Origin: a virus
Lineage: Duplodnaviria > Caudoviricetes
IMG/VR virus record: IMGVR_UViG_3300021387_000272
Location: 17,374 to 81,373 of that record
Strand: one strand, 5' to 3'
Length of the DNA: 64,000 bases
Part shown: positions 28,101-36,933 of the stretch, in pieces
Numbering within the stretch: the first letter of the stretch is position 1
Layout of the letters: each line of letters starts with the position of its first letter
Notes under the pieces: generated by a model
Databases searched by the model: none
Seen by the model: only the letters and a program-made list of their open reading frames with translations
What the model was told of the DNA's origin: nothing
Translations under genes and position numbers: made by a program

Positions 28101-30466
28101 CTACTACTGATACTGACCATCGAATTATGTCCTACTGGAGGCAACAAAGGGAAGTTAAATATGAAGATTTTGCAGAAGGTAGATATCATAATGACAACTT
28201 GATTATAGCTACTCAGTGGGGTATTCTGACAAGTGGTATGGCAGAAGACCAAGTACTTGCCAGTGGTAATTTTGATGATGTTAAGCAGGTAGGTTATATG
28301 CTTGCAGCCATGGACAATGGTGTGCAGTATGACACTGCTTCTACAATGTCAGGTAAGGCTCTTAAGAAAGCTGCTTACACTAATAAGTATCTTCAGTATG
28401 CAGACACTCAGATACAATTCCATAAGCAGAACATGGTTGCTGCCAAGCTGATTGGTGTATTTGCTCAGGCAAATGTCAGCCATGCTATTGTAGGAATGTC
28501 TGATGTAGAAGCTAAAATCCAAATTCCTGAGGGAGGTGGATTCAGTATTAATGGTGTAAACTACAAGGAAGGAGCAACCTTTAAAGTAGATGAAGAGTAT
28601 GGGCTAGACAATGCTACACGTATTAGTACAGTGCTTGCCCAATTACTTGCTAGCTCTGTGGATGCTGTAAAAGACCCTGTACTCAACCTGCTTAATATTA
28701 ATATGGATACTGTTAATATTGCAGTAACCTTAGTAAGGCTTGGTCATGACCTTGAGTTTATTGGCTTATTCCTAACTCATCCTATTATCAAGCAGCTCAT
28801 TAACAGGTACAATGTAGAAAAAGCTAGTGGTAGCTCCAATAGCTTGATGCAGACCTTGATTACCATGCAGAATGAGCTTATGGGAGAAGACAGGAAAGGT
28901 GCTGCTCTGCAACTTAAGTATAATTATAACAAGGATTTCTTTGTCAGAGAACACCAGTTATCCAATAGGCAGGATGCAGAGTATCTGCAGTACAGAAGAA
29001 ATATGGATTTGACTGTGCTGGAAATCTTCAAGAAACTCAATAATATGGCTGAGATGTTCAGAGGAGTAGTACATACAACACGTTATAACTCTATTACTTC
29101 TGCTGTAGGACCTTATGCTTCAGACACTATGAATAATAGGTTGAAGGATGAGCAGTTTGCTAGCAATAGCTACGTAACTGATGACTTGAAGAAGGCTGCT
29201 GAGGGCATCATATATGATGAAAATGGTAATGAGGTTTCTATCATTCAAGCCTTCCGTGATACTAGTTCTGAACTTGAGAGGGAATTACTTGGTAAGAATA
29301 TTATTCAAGCAAATGATGAGGCTTACAAGGTTTATTCTGCACTCAAGAGCAGGATGGGCTATATGTCAAATAAGATGGCTAGAGAGTTTGGCAGATTCTA
29401 TATGTCTTACTACATGAACATGGAGTCTCCACTATTTGATTTAAGCTATGAGAACCGTAAGGAGATGCTTGATGAATTCCCCAACAAGTTCATGGCTGCA
29501 AAGAATCAGTATAGAGACAATGCATTTGTTCAAGCTGTAATGATGGACCAGGATAAGGCAGGTAACAGCATACTTGCTTTAAATACCAGAGGATTGACAG
29601 ACACAGAACTTCAGTCCTTGAGAAGTGCTTGGTCAGACCTTTATACCTCCGAGAGAGAAAAAGGAATTGAGGACAAGGATAATCTCGCTTTGAAGCTGGT
29701 TGAGTATAATTTCTTCTTAGGTTCATTTGGATTTAGTCCTAAGACCTTTATGTCACTAACTCCTAATACAGTGAAGCTTGCTATTCCAGGATATAAGGAA
29801 AGTCTGCTCAAGGAGCTTGTAATGACTCCTGACAGAATAGACAATCTGCTTATGCAGTTCATGCTCAACTTAGGTTATGCTAACTTAGGTACGGTAAAGG
29901 AAGAGGATTTGAATTGGGGAAGTGATGACTTACTGCCAATAGAAACCTTTGGTGATGTAAATGTCTCTGGTCTTGCCAAGGTACAAATGAAGGATGGTTC
30001 TACCAAGTGGCTTTATGTGGAGCCTATAGGTAATTCCAGCTTAGCTCATGCGTACTTCGTAGATAAGCTCGGTGGAGAAAATCAGCAATGCTTTGAAATA
30101 GACCCAAGTAAAAAGGTGTATGAAATGAAATCTGTGGTGGAGAATGCAGAGCCCCAGAGTGCTCCTGCTCCTGACCCAGATTCAGGAGAGTCTGTAGCCC
30201 CACTAGTGGAAGATAATAGACCTATTTATCAAAGGTTAATGGTTCTATTGACCACTTATTCTATGGATGACCCGAAGTTGAATATGCGGAATCTGCAAGA
30301 CAGGTTTAATAAGCTCTATAATGCAGGACAAGAAAGATATCTCAGTGAAACAACAGGTATTGACTTACCTACATTGGCTAAAATAGCAGAAGTCCTTGGA
30401 GTAACTCCTGAGGAACTTACTAAGGATGTAAATGATTCTGAAAACAAACTAAATCTATGTAAGTAA
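19151..30466 (+). CDS. Virion RNA polymerase (single-chain, two-barrel) fused to RecD-like helicase, zincin, SLOG and DUF4326-like domains
   Basis: 3771 aa; catalytic loop LSGSDFDVDK (about 27899-27928) preceded by YRIPTE; helicase motifs GAAGTGKT, DEASM, GDQRQLPP, YASTIHKSQGST; HEITH zincin motif; SGGAEGAD SLOG motif. Confidence 0.9.
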   Translation: MAVSCVVTISPGFKKLLEKTHFSRGTLKSIIHEYQNTPSLWELGSQGEPSEKYVLNYFNRRTVGTPEQIAVWKGRYRAPHVYETYQDAVAARNVASQWFEDEDIMVYENDKHKWVLMIARPLDVFTIRKNSDAWLQDLQKDVDTTVNSGAVGRYIPDKRNKGKTAVAMDFLGKRLDNFYRQRGLKVRSKWSERNKKWLVEYAPEERGYVDDLTGGITDWTEGQKNAIDTLVNFLQNPGGGRYMLLEGAAGTGKTTLINEVLQRLEVTGKPSVLVGALSHKAKGVLGSKISKANRKKYTINAKSLAGMLGMKMTMKNINGSWQEVFEVDKHARRMGIPIQAASIVFIDEASMVSEEAMSYIEDLASAGTKIVFLGDQRQLPPIRTGGTEFWNQHPEFLVNPEADSPVFTRTDIPRVSLTERVRQGEDSPIHLVTDQFGNYTLQGGEFPNLSNVESSKDLRLVIENPATNLAEQMLPLFQEGMKIQNPNFAKIVAFTNAKVNQYNRELHFLLHPEMAASQDMNFAEGDLITMYDSFTYGNDTEPTVYNAEEGIVVSSSNTRHMSTTTGADIRYRDYTIKMQDDRTVTIPVLEQDATNIQNFNSALEQLKKEAINVGGRAWIPYFNLKGSMANMKMGYASTIHKSQGSTYQVVGVDTTDNFGSARFKSQGIYTALTRAANISILKGMGSTNAAPTAESISKANAREIARRQGMQIAGTPLSAEQVAFIKSEVDGVAKIIKDASVTITAMNLSKASPVTVKGVNDFKDGDTSTASAVCKSIINSPNATAQQKAYAKALLPLLAKMDFDILFATEENPIIQERLRKTRMEHWNAAGSTFNSKEAGLGYDIHIKVGVRKNQVIPEKVLLHEITHALTSNRLRNDAEFRRGIDQLSQYVQEWVRQNKDESQMVMQNYGGADIPFDIYGFRNYQDSGYADFVAEAMSNASFQELLKQIPAPRESELNTWQKLCKLVSDAFKKLFNISYKQNTTVYDMLIPVIADTMSLTSEQEQRDSPYTEWNIERTTQMMANATELVKAMNVAVEDKDVHWTTEQVMQLFGEPLPQETPSIANLNFYSGGAEGADTEWGNAIQAIGGTVTHYTIDFYDGLSKDEKDRLEKRYQEVRQALGYHEANDPKTKKLLRRDMLQADNAKEVFAIGTINQETQRVNGGTLYAVTRAQLSGKPIHVFNQADNKWYFYDYQAGAWWQEDTPTITQDAALIGTRGINAAGKQAIKDVLAKSTGQQPTTQQGPIQSPSTGGNEGLPNLSNLKGKTVQYGVEIDPNLIQNYREWLNTHPNGIVAYRVNKATFNTPQAVEQGIIGNPFDWQKYGAGKAVEMFYDWLVNNNNYDEPLATDEFRRAIIERIHSAPEDTPVLYYKELGYPSHATVIGWAISEFNRIKKEKAARDQARGYTDEQAKRAIELLNNNISHTEGVIAWLNNKIKYNQATSETYTELEERRRQLSAAQSLLDGLNTGKSQIIINQYGVPQVVERAQAEKPAEKNIVINDTYELSPVETEKEGYSQGYIIKKKNAEGTPKQGAAQIQRMIDHDELPLGAHIMWQGLTAEELSELNKVKGLNKNTDGSWTVGYTEREVILRKQNDTLLNSPLFGSHELHKLAALTMFKLSEVITQLQEGTVNIEDILMEESLDDDLRNTEFKGMDRIDIINAIGLDKLFKDVIREEVFNADINERLQEDFDLAEKAQVIYDNFDAFIRLGYQALIDLENISIDTEKAVDTGTDQKKGENGEDLTDEEVVALFGSTVEHWQVGFRQVSTFASLSNLIRKHLNRLYVLDKNGEKVLDEYGIERNIDSHEAVSKILKWTQGARNLEDMIIKLEGKIAQEPWVKQLTDVLRGDGNEQFKSQFYSNFKKYFQKYNIIYKEKQKDGSTVTKVKTINRDPFVINTMDMITSLDNSKHIGSFNLWNPRTNSIDTNALANVKQGAEALTKLIEVRKSGNPITTQSNGSEIAEVEAALNALNIPMPSKELLIKTLDSVNVLQTLQGALSGLFETFMRAPSGKADYKFINNKTQSNYRRIVEAFAPVMGDGLDSVSYEAGKLHYSYVTPSYLSKFVENMKGMRGDVRAFIESEYGNIEGWFRNKANNANQAGGEGWLNYILDRMMDTTEEARKTRAKFDHVVVLSDDSIAYAEKSPVQYAASMLSMYFYDDHRQSAYFRIPMMSNKQSEEYIKFDRIADNFKEVITDWLLDKTYAQELNRIRAVNFRNNAPAELERLRQKDNLTAEEQQRLNILEEYLKDGNPAKISSFDENGATFMFMEYLNDYVNDKNSELGKLLRKQINGEKFDETQNESTRFRELLREAIVSNLDARFDEFLRNLSREGFLQLSPSMEVIKVNALKDKLPQGKAKGLLEEFFWNDMFMSINMMQLLCTDIAYYKNTEDLQKRFAQWHSPGLRGNTEATINGEKVTDGNARSMIIADKIEKSDVVETLGRVKKKVLSQARFADNPAARDLMEAQIDKIIDAFKEVNVTDAQAYTSPTGYRKKMAIFGQWSERDEEVYQKILNGTFTAEDLDVLWQPLKPFVYSQITKNGYNPYIPLLKMGIQQKNSEYCLILADALMRSAGEESTLTALFDFMEESHGLTRSGNHWTGTPHDHGIDTIMFNSAVKTGLMGVLDINSMSHDDIVKGLKKFAGVGQNEYDDRYVDTIPFEDYSIQQYNPAHLEGEQQLGSQNRVLVFADMPNEIDGVEQFIEINGEKVSVKQAKINYFKAIAENIAISEAGVRERFALDSPSRKIRNVALMRVLQEEIAKDARYGTDLQWACLLDESGNFNVPLSDAIQSDRIQQLLNSIIKNRINKQEISGGPVVQVSNYGTSKNLRIVRNADGTIKYYECYITAYDQQLYEDFGDGKGGIDMEKIQKTNPKLLEMIGYRIPTEAKYSMAPLKIVGFLPRTAGEGIMLPKEITTLSGSDFDVDKMYIMRYRLNRTDNSAEFIKKEMEDYYLGNKMSGARVSREDSAAYRARLTGLVRGTIKPTTDTDHRIMSYWRQQREVKYEDFAEGRYHNDNLIIATQWGILTSGMAEDQVLASGNFDDVKQVGYMLAAMDNGVQYDTASTMSGKALKKAAYTNKYLQYADTQIQFHKQNMVAAKLIGVFAQANVSHAIVGMSDVEAKIQIPEGGGFSINGVNYKEGATFKVDEEYGLDNATRISTVLAQLLASSVDAVKDPVLNLLNINMDTVNIAVTLVRLGHDLEFIGLFLTHPIIKQLINRYNVEKASGSSNSLMQTLITMQNELMGEDRKGAALQLKYNYNKDFFVREHQLSNRQDAEYLQYRRNMDLTVLEIFKKLNNMAEMFRGVVHTTRYNSITSAVGPYASDTMNNRLKDEQFASNSYVTDDLKKAAEGIIYDENGNEVSIIQAFRDTSSELERELLGKNIIQANDEAYKVYSALKSRMGYMSNKMAREFGRFYMSYYMNMESPLFDLSYENRKEMLDEFPNKFMAAKNQYRDNAFVQAVMMDQDKAGNSILALNTRGLTDTELQSLRSAWSDLYTSEREKGIEDKDNLALKLVEYNFFLGSFGFSPKTFMSLTPNTVKLAIPGYKESLLKELVMTPDRIDNLLMQFMLNLGYANLGTVKEEDLNWGSDDLLPIETFGDVNVSGLAKVQMKDGSTKWLYVEPIGNSSLAHAYFVDKLGGENQQCFEIDPSKKVYEMKSVVENAEPQSAPAPDPDSGESVAPLVEDNRPIYQRLMVLLTTYSMDDPKLNMRNLQDRFNKLYNAGQERYLSETTGIDLPTLAKIAEVLGVTPEELTKDVNDSENKLNLCK

Positions 30467-30467
30467 T

Positions 30468-33400
30468 ATGGAAGGTGCAATGTGTACAGTGTATCCCACA
30501 GCTAAGGGCAAAAAGAGTAAGCTCTATGGGGATATGTATAATAAGACAGGACATGACAGGAAGTTAACCAACTTCCTGTATGCCATGTCCAAGTTAGACA
30601 ATGTGAGAGCCCAGTTCAACAAGAAGCAATTTGACAGGCTTGGAGAGATTAAGAGTGATGCTTTTATGGACTGGGTACACATTGAAGATTTAATTAAAGA
30701 CCAAAATGCTCTTCAACAAGCTAAGAATACTCTGGGAGCAGAAAATCCTGATGGTACCCAAAAGGGATATGACACCCCAGAAGAGGTGCTAGATAGGGTG
30801 ATAGACTTCAATAACAATAACACACGAATGAAAGCAATGATACGCTTCTCTAATGGTCAATTTGTTATTGATGTAGAAAATCTCAATGCTGAGAATTATG
30901 GAGCTAACAGGTCTCTTATCAGAAGAAAGATTATTCTGGATGCTATTACAGGCTGGTTAAATACTCAGGGATTAAAGACTGACTTTAGTCCTGAAGTAAA
31001 AACCAGATATGCCAATACATTGTCAGCACTTGGATTTGAGCGTACTATTAAAGATATGATAGATGCCTTTGGCAGAGATAGGTATAGAGCAAATCCTGAT
31101 GCTGCCAGGCTTATCATGGATATGTTTGAAGGAAGTCCTCTGCTTGACACTATCAAGAATGGTTTTGGGGATGACTTAGCTAATGCTATATCTTACAGAA
31201 CAGGTAATGACCAAGCTCCTATTACTCCTGAAACCTTGGATTTATTGCGAGATAGGTATTGGAGTGACCAATTAAACCTATTCCTTCAGGAAGTTAAAAG
31301 GAAAATGAGCAGGCTAGATGCCTCTAGTCTTGAAGCTAAAAAAGAACATGAGCTGTCTAGATTTAGTGATGATACTGAATACTTCAATATTCCTGCTTCT
31401 GAAATTCATGAAGCTTTAACAGAGCTATATAAGGTAAGTCATGTGGATAAGGAAGAAGTTCTTACTGATATAGAGCAGGCTACTAAATTAAGTGAAGCTG
31501 CCAGAGCATTCCTTAACAATAAGTATATTGAACTTGAGACCTTCAGACGTAAGACAGGAGGCAAAAAAAGAGGAGATGATAAGGAGCTTAGAAAGATAGA
31601 ACAGGAAATAGAAAGAGGACGATATGGGGACTCTATAATCAGTATGCTTAGTGACTTAGCAGGAGAAATCAACACTACGACAGATTTGATTGCTGCTTTG
31701 GATACTTCCTTTGCAGCTGCTCCTGATACCCTAACAGCAGTTAATGACGCTAGTAAAGTCATTATTAGAAGCTCTGAACTGGCAGATGTTTATAGGCCAA
31801 TACTGGAAAGACTACTCAGCCTTGATGGTTTAGAGCTAGATGAATTGGGCCTTACTGAAGATATGATAGAAGCTATCCAGCAGCTTGCTTCCTCTCTAAA
31901 TGAGAAATTAACTACCCTAAGAAGAGATGCCAAGAGAAAACAATTTGATGTAGTATATGCATATTACAGTATCTATTGGGGTAACTCTGACCAGAGGAAT
32001 AATGGGGAAGAAATGGTTTCTCTTAGAGAGATTCTGGAAACTGCTAGGAAAGATATTAATTTCTTTGATAGGTATATCTATGCAATGGGAGAGTCCAATG
32101 ATGAAGCACTTGCTCTTTTTGCTGCAGCTGTCAGAGACAGAAACCAGGCAAGAGATAAAATAGCTAGAAAGGGAGACACTATTATACGAAGACTTACCAA
32201 TGACCTCTTTGAGGCAGGAAGTGATGCAGTCTTTATGTATGAAAGAAAAGATGGTTCTCCTACAGGCAAAATAATATCTGACGTAGATTGGGATGCCTTT
32301 GAAGCTAAGAGAAAGCAAATGAAGGAGTACTATGAGAATCAGGGATATTCTCAAAGGGAAGTACAGAGAAGACTTGAGTCTTGGGAAAATAATAATACTG
32401 AATGGGTTACTCCCTTCACTCATCCTACATTCAGGAATGCCTATGCAGAATACTTGAAAGTATTCCATGGAGATTCTGCTACTCCCTCAGAATATGATTT
32501 CAAAATACGTATTCCACTAAGGGAGAAATTTGGTAAAGCATTGCCTAATATGACACAGGCTCAGCAGGATTATTACTATAAGATGATGGCATTAAAAGCC
32601 GCTGTCACTTATGGCCTTCCAACAGCTGAATTTGGGTTCTTTGATGCTCCTCAAATTTCTACTGATGTAACCACTGCATTAAAAGAATCTGGAGGAGACC
32701 CTTCAAAGGTTCTTCAGATTATTAAAAATAAGATAGTAGATGCTCTGGTTAAGAGAGAAGATGATACAGACTATGGAGACTTCATGGATACCCTAGGAGC
32801 CAATAATATCTCTCTAAGACACTCTGACCTCTCTGGACAAGAAGCTCAGACACTTCCACTATTCTTTACTCATAAGATTAAAGACCCCTCAAGGCTTAGC
32901 TTAGACTTTAGCCGTGGTATGGAAGCTATTATGACTTCCTCTGTTCAGTATAATGAAATGAATAAGGCTCTTGATGCCCTGATGCTTGCAAAAGACTGGC
33001 TTATAAACCGTAGAAATATTGCAGCAGTTGAAGGAGACAAGACTCTTATGGATATCTATACCTGGGGCAGGGATGTGATGATTAGGACAATTAAAAAGAC
33101 TCCTGCAACAGCTCTTTCTGCAGGTCTGGTTGCAGACTTTACTGAAGCTAATATCTTTGGAAAGAGACATAAAGATGGTAAAGGGCATGTATCTGTATTT
33201 GGTCTAGATGTAAGCTATGATAAACTGACTGGATTAGTAACAGGCTATACCTCATATACAGGACTGTCTCTTAACTTACTTGGTGCTCAAGCCAATGCTT
33301 TAGTAGGTAAATTACAGATGTGTATTGAGGGAGCTTGTGGAGAGTTCTATAATATTGCTGACTGGGGTTATGCTGAGTGGGAGTACTTCCAAGAAATATG

Positions 33401-34487
33401 GCCTATGCTTGCAGAACTTGCTAGTAATAAGAAGACTTCTGACTTAGCTCTTCTGATGGACTACTTTGATGTAAAGGATGAGTTCATAGAGAATCTTAAA
33501 GCAGATGGTTTCTACAATAATATAGTAGGCAAAGTAATTGGAAATGCCAATATACTGTTCATGTATGGCATGGGTGAGCACATGCTCCATGCAGAAACAA
33601 TGCTAGCTATTCTACACAGAAAGAAAGTAGTCAATAGGCAGACTGGCCAAACAGTTTCTCTTAGAAAAGTCTTTGAAAAGAAAGTTGAAAGTGGTACAGG
33701 AGAGTTAGTAGTTGACTATAGTAAGTGGGATATTATTGATGCAGAAGGTAATAGAAGAGCCCTTACTGAGAGAGACTTAGATATTATCAAGGGACAAGTA
33801 TCTTATTGTAATAAGACTATGCATGGTGCCTTTGGACAACTTGATAAGGGTATGGTTCATAGATATTGCTTTGGAAGACTCATAATGAACTTCAGACAAT
33901 GGATGCCTGGCCACTATGAAAGACGTTTCAGAGGTTTGCATTATAACTATGACCTTAATGAATGGAGAGAGGGTTATTATACCACTTCTCTCAAATTCTT
34001 GGCAGATACTGTAAAAGAATGGAATGATGGAGGTTGGCAGTTAATAACTAGATGGCATCAACTTAATGATATGCAGCAAGCCAATATAAAGAGAGCAGTT
34101 GCTGAAATAGCTCTACTTGTCGGACTTTGTGCATCTACAGCATCTCTTGGAAGGTATAAGGATAAGAAGGGCAACTGGGCATACAGAAACCTTATGTATC
34201 AGCTTATGCGTATGAGAATGGAAACTAGAGCTTCTGTACCATTTAGCCCAGGTTTTGTAACCAACATTATTACCATACTCAACTCTCCTGCTGCTTGTAT
34301 AACACAATTCAGTAAGTTAGCAAAGCTTCTTTCCCTTACTGATTTAGCAGTAACTATTGAGAGTGGTAAATATGAAGGGGAAAATCTTTGGGTACACAAT
34401 GCTGTAAAGGCTGTGCCATTCCTCAAGCAAGTTCAGAATCAACTAGAACTAGCAACTGAGGATGACTTATTCCAGGTATTCAAATAG
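30468..34487 (+). CDS. Large cargo/ejection protein (last gene of the RNAP block)
   Basis: 1339 aa, helical; C-terminal FRQWMP..YERRF..EGYYTT resembles the crAss protein that follows the RNAP. Confidence 0.6.
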   Translation: MEGAMCTVYPTAKGKKSKLYGDMYNKTGHDRKLTNFLYAMSKLDNVRAQFNKKQFDRLGEIKSDAFMDWVHIEDLIKDQNALQQAKNTLGAENPDGTQKGYDTPEEVLDRVIDFNNNNTRMKAMIRFSNGQFVIDVENLNAENYGANRSLIRRKIILDAITGWLNTQGLKTDFSPEVKTRYANTLSALGFERTIKDMIDAFGRDRYRANPDAARLIMDMFEGSPLLDTIKNGFGDDLANAISYRTGNDQAPITPETLDLLRDRYWSDQLNLFLQEVKRKMSRLDASSLEAKKEHELSRFSDDTEYFNIPASEIHEALTELYKVSHVDKEEVLTDIEQATKLSEAARAFLNNKYIELETFRRKTGGKKRGDDKELRKIEQEIERGRYGDSIISMLSDLAGEINTTTDLIAALDTSFAAAPDTLTAVNDASKVIIRSSELADVYRPILERLLSLDGLELDELGLTEDMIEAIQQLASSLNEKLTTLRRDAKRKQFDVVYAYYSIYWGNSDQRNNGEEMVSLREILETARKDINFFDRYIYAMGESNDEALALFAAAVRDRNQARDKIARKGDTIIRRLTNDLFEAGSDAVFMYERKDGSPTGKIISDVDWDAFEAKRKQMKEYYENQGYSQREVQRRLESWENNNTEWVTPFTHPTFRNAYAEYLKVFHGDSATPSEYDFKIRIPLREKFGKALPNMTQAQQDYYYKMMALKAAVTYGLPTAEFGFFDAPQISTDVTTALKESGGDPSKVLQIIKNKIVDALVKREDDTDYGDFMDTLGANNISLRHSDLSGQEAQTLPLFFTHKIKDPSRLSLDFSRGMEAIMTSSVQYNEMNKALDALMLAKDWLINRRNIAAVEGDKTLMDIYTWGRDVMIRTIKKTPATALSAGLVADFTEANIFGKRHKDGKGHVSVFGLDVSYDKLTGLVTGYTSYTGLSLNLLGAQANALVGKLQMCIEGACGEFYNIADWGYAEWEYFQEIWPMLAELASNKKTSDLALLMDYFDVKDEFIENLKADGFYNNIVGKVIGNANILFMYGMGEHMLHAETMLAILHRKKVVNRQTGQTVSLRKVFEKKVESGTGELVVDYSKWDIIDAEGNRRALTERDLDIIKGQVSYCNKTMHGAFGQLDKGMVHRYCFGRLIMNFRQWMPGHYERRFRGLHYNYDLNEWREGYYTTSLKFLADTVKEWNDGGWQLITRWHQLNDMQQANIKRAVAEIALLVGLCASTASLGRYKDKKGNWAYRNLMYQLMRMRMETRASVPFSPGFVTNIITILNSPAACITQFSKLAKLLSLTDLAVTIESGKYEGENLWVHNAVKAVPFLKQVQNQLELATEDDLFQVFK

Positions 34488-34506
34488 ACTACCACCAACT
34501 GAACGT

Positions 34507-34547
34507 AAAAAAGGCTCTAGGGAAGTAAAACCCAAGAGTCTTTTTTT
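34507..34547. terminator. Bidirectional intrinsic terminator between the convergent blocks
   Basis: A6-GGCTCT-A-GGG-loop-CCC-A-AGAGTC-T7. Confidence 0.8.
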
Positions 34548-34647
34548 ATTATTCATTTTCTTTATCCTTATGTGCTCCTAGTAATCTAGCAATACACACC
34601 AATATAAAAGCAAATAATAGCCCGAATATTTCCATAGCAAATTAAAG

Positions 34648-34760
34648 TAACCTCCAATAGAGAGAATTTTGCAGGCCCACGATTTACATACACTAACATC
34701 ATGAAGTTCAGAAAAGAAAGTCTATCCTTGGCCTATTCTTATTCTTCTATTGGAGGTAAG
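34648..34760. repeat. Inverted repeat pair of the CCTCCAATAGAG motif (intergenic)
   Basis: TAACCTCCAATAGAGAGAAT (34648) ... ATTCTTCTATTGGAGGTAAG (34741-34760). Confidence 0.8.
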
Positions 34761-34763
34761 AGT

Positions 34764-35516
34764 TTAGAGGTTAAATGTTTCCTCAAAGAGACTATGAGTC
34801 ACCACATGGTCATTTACATAAGTTGTGGGGTGACTTGTCTTAAGAGATTCTGTGATATGGTTATATAAGTCATAAGCAGTGAATTTAAGGTCACCAAGAT
34901 GCCTAAAATTCTGACTGAAAGCAAGCTCCTTCTTAATGATAGACATTTGAGTAATGTTTATTACTTGCTTAGTGAAGAATAAGGTACCCAAAATCTTAAA
35001 GACTTCTTCTGGGCTAACCTCAAAATGCTTAAGCTCATTGAGTTGCTCAGAAGTATGCTCAAAGGAGTTCTGCAGTACTGTAAAGCCCCCTTCCACACTT
35101 GCAATTACTTCTTTCTCAGTAGTGCTAGTACCTTCTAGAAATGCTCCTCTGTGAATTCTTCTATATTGATAGTCTCCAGAGATACATCCATTGGAACATA
35201 TCCAAACTACCATACCACACACAAAGGCAAAGCTCATAGATTTATCATAAGAGTTCCTAAACATAACTCTTTGTCCATAGTCACCGTCAGGAGTACTAAT
35301 ATCATAGGAGCCAATAACTCCCTTGATTAATCCATCACTAGTTCTAGTTACCTTGTAATGCTCATCCTTTACTACCAGTCCTAAGTTATTGATTTTAGTA
35401 TCAACTAAATCCATAACCATACTATTAGCAAGAGGAGTATAAGTACCATTATTCCAAGGAATGATAGGGGCATTATACACTTCTTCCCTATCAGCAACTA
35501 CCATTCTTCTGTTCAT
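34764..35516 (-). CDS. DUF932-family protein
   Basis: 250 aa; TYTP..NS, FRNSYDKSMSFAFVCG..VWICSNG, HRG, TAYDLYNHITESLK; typical of crAss-like phages. Confidence 0.75.
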   Translation of the reverse strand: MNRRMVVADREEVYNAPIIPWNNGTYTPLANSMVMDLVDTKINNLGLVVKDEHYKVTRTSDGLIKGVIGSYDISTPDGDYGQRVMFRNSYDKSMSFAFVCGMVVWICSNGCISGDYQYRRIHRGAFLEGTSTTEKEVIASVEGGFTVLQNSFEHTSEQLNELKHFEVSPEEVFKILGTLFFTKQVINITQMSIIKKELAFSQNFRHLGDLKFTAYDLYNHITESLKTSHPTTYVNDHVVTHSLFEETFNL

Positions 35517-35563
35517 AGTTATTTATTTGATTGTTCATTTTTTATATCAACATATTTTCCATA

Positions 35564-35854
35564 CTATCTTAACTTCACTTTCTTAAGAATATATCTATAG
35601 TACTCTTCCATTTCTTCACCAGAGTTTTCATGTTGCCATGTTACTCCAGTATAAGCCCAAATATAACTAGGTTTGTCTCCTTTATGATAGTCTCTGTGAA
35701 CTACCTTGCATCTTCTGCGGGCAACATCCCCCTCCATGAAGTTTTTTGCAGCAGTTCTTGTTTTAAAATTCTCCTGCCTGATTAACTCCAGCTTGTCTTC
35801 CAAATCACCCCTAACCCAATCTTTGTCATGGTGATGAATTGTTACTTGGTACAT
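35564..35854 (-). CDS. Hypothetical protein
   Basis: 96-aa ORF in a tightly packed operon. Confidence 0.6.
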   Translation of the reverse strand: MYQVTIHHHDKDWVRGDLEDKLELIRQENFKTRTAAKNFMEGDVARRRCKVVHRDYHKGDKPSYIWAYTGVTWQHENSGEEMEEYYRYILKKVKLR

Positions 35855-35856
35855 AA

Positions 35857-36066
35857 TTACTTAATTGATTTAACTTGATAAAAATAACACCAATGTCCAC
35901 AGCCTAAACTTATAGTTCCATTACTATGTTTTCGTAAGTCGCAGCTCTTAACAACTCTTCCATATTTAGAATCTCTGGCACAAATCTCAATACTTTCTAC
36001 CTTTCCAGTAACCCTCTGACCTCCAAATAGGACAGCGGTTACTACATCCCCCAATTTAATCTTCAC
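35857..36066 (-). CDS. Small SH3/KOW-like hypothetical protein
   Basis: IKLGDVV..GQRVTGKVESIE pattern; GTG start. Confidence 0.5.
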   Translation of the reverse strand: MKIKLGDVVTAVLFGGQRVTGKVESIEICARDSKYGRVVKSCDLRKHSNGTISLGCGHWCYFYQVKSIK

Positions 36067-36086
36067 AGCCTTAGTGATAATTACAC

Positions 36087-36527
36087 TTATGCACTCTCTT
36101 CCTTTTTACCGAAATTCACCAAATTATCAACGATATTCTGGCGACTATTAATCCAATAATATTCTCCGTCACAGTTAATACCAAAGAGAACAATATCATT
36201 ATCATCATAGGCTTTCTCAATGACGTCAAATATCTCTTTAGTCCTTACTTCTCCATACCAAGAGCATTCCATCATGAAGAATTGCTTGACATACTCAAGG
36301 TCTCTTCCATTCTGCATCTTGATGCCTACAACCTCATGGTCATCACTTCCTGCTAACAAGTCCCATTCAGTAGCTTTACCTACAGTAAGCTTGGCAATTC
36401 TTGCCCTGATTACACCCTTAGCAGATTCTTCATATTTCAGGCATTCTGTCTTGTCATGGAACTGTGTACCATCAAGGGCTTCATACATAGTGTACTTCTG
36501 TACTTTTTCTTTTGTTACTTCTTTCAT
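36087..36527 (-). CDS. Hypothetical protein
   Basis: 146 aa; YEALDGTQF..K.ECLKYE N-terminus common in phage proteins. Confidence 0.65.
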   Translation of the reverse strand: MKEVTKEKVQKYTMYEALDGTQFHDKTECLKYEESAKGVIRARIAKLTVGKATEWDLLAGSDDHEVVGIKMQNGRDLEYVKQFFMMECSWYGEVRTKEIFDVIEKAYDDNDIVLFGINCDGEYYWINSRQNIVDNLVNFGKKEESA

Positions 36528-36545
36528 AATTGTTGAATTTAAAAG

Positions 36546-36932
36546 TTATTCTCTTGGTTCTTTAAATAATTTACACATGAATTGGTAATATTCTTCAGCC
36601 CAACGTTCTACTTCTTCAATGGTATCATTATCATGCCAGGCAAAGCAGAGTTCCAATCTCTCATCAATGGTTCTTGCCATATCTACATGGACTTCAATTC
36701 CCACATGGTTCCTCATGTCTTTAGGAATTCTATCCCAAAACATAGTCCTTTCTGAGTAATCATAGATAGAGAGAATTATCTGATAGGCATTCCTGTCTTC
36801 TTCCCATTGGTTATCAGTTTTATGGAAGCCTTTGCCTATGATATAATCCTCATGATGCCATTGCTGATTATATTTCTTATAGCCTCTCTCATAAAGCAGG
36901 TTGGCAAGTTTGTCAAATTGTTCTTTATTCAT
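36546..36932 (-). CDS. Hypothetical protein
   Basis: 128-aa ORF, operon packing. Confidence 0.6.
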   Translation of the reverse strand: MNKEQFDKLANLLYERGYKKYNQQWHHEDYIIGKGFHKTDNQWEEDRNAYQIILSIYDYSERTMFWDRIPKDMRNHVGIEVHVDMARTIDERLELCFAWHDNDTIEEVERWAEEYYQFMCKLFKEPRE

Positions 36933-36933
36933 T

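Noticed and set aside
5645-34426. Many short antisense or alternative-frame ORFs inside the large + strand genes (and likewise + strand ORFs over the - block)
   Set aside because: They are shadows of long real genes, with no recognisable motifs or initiation context.
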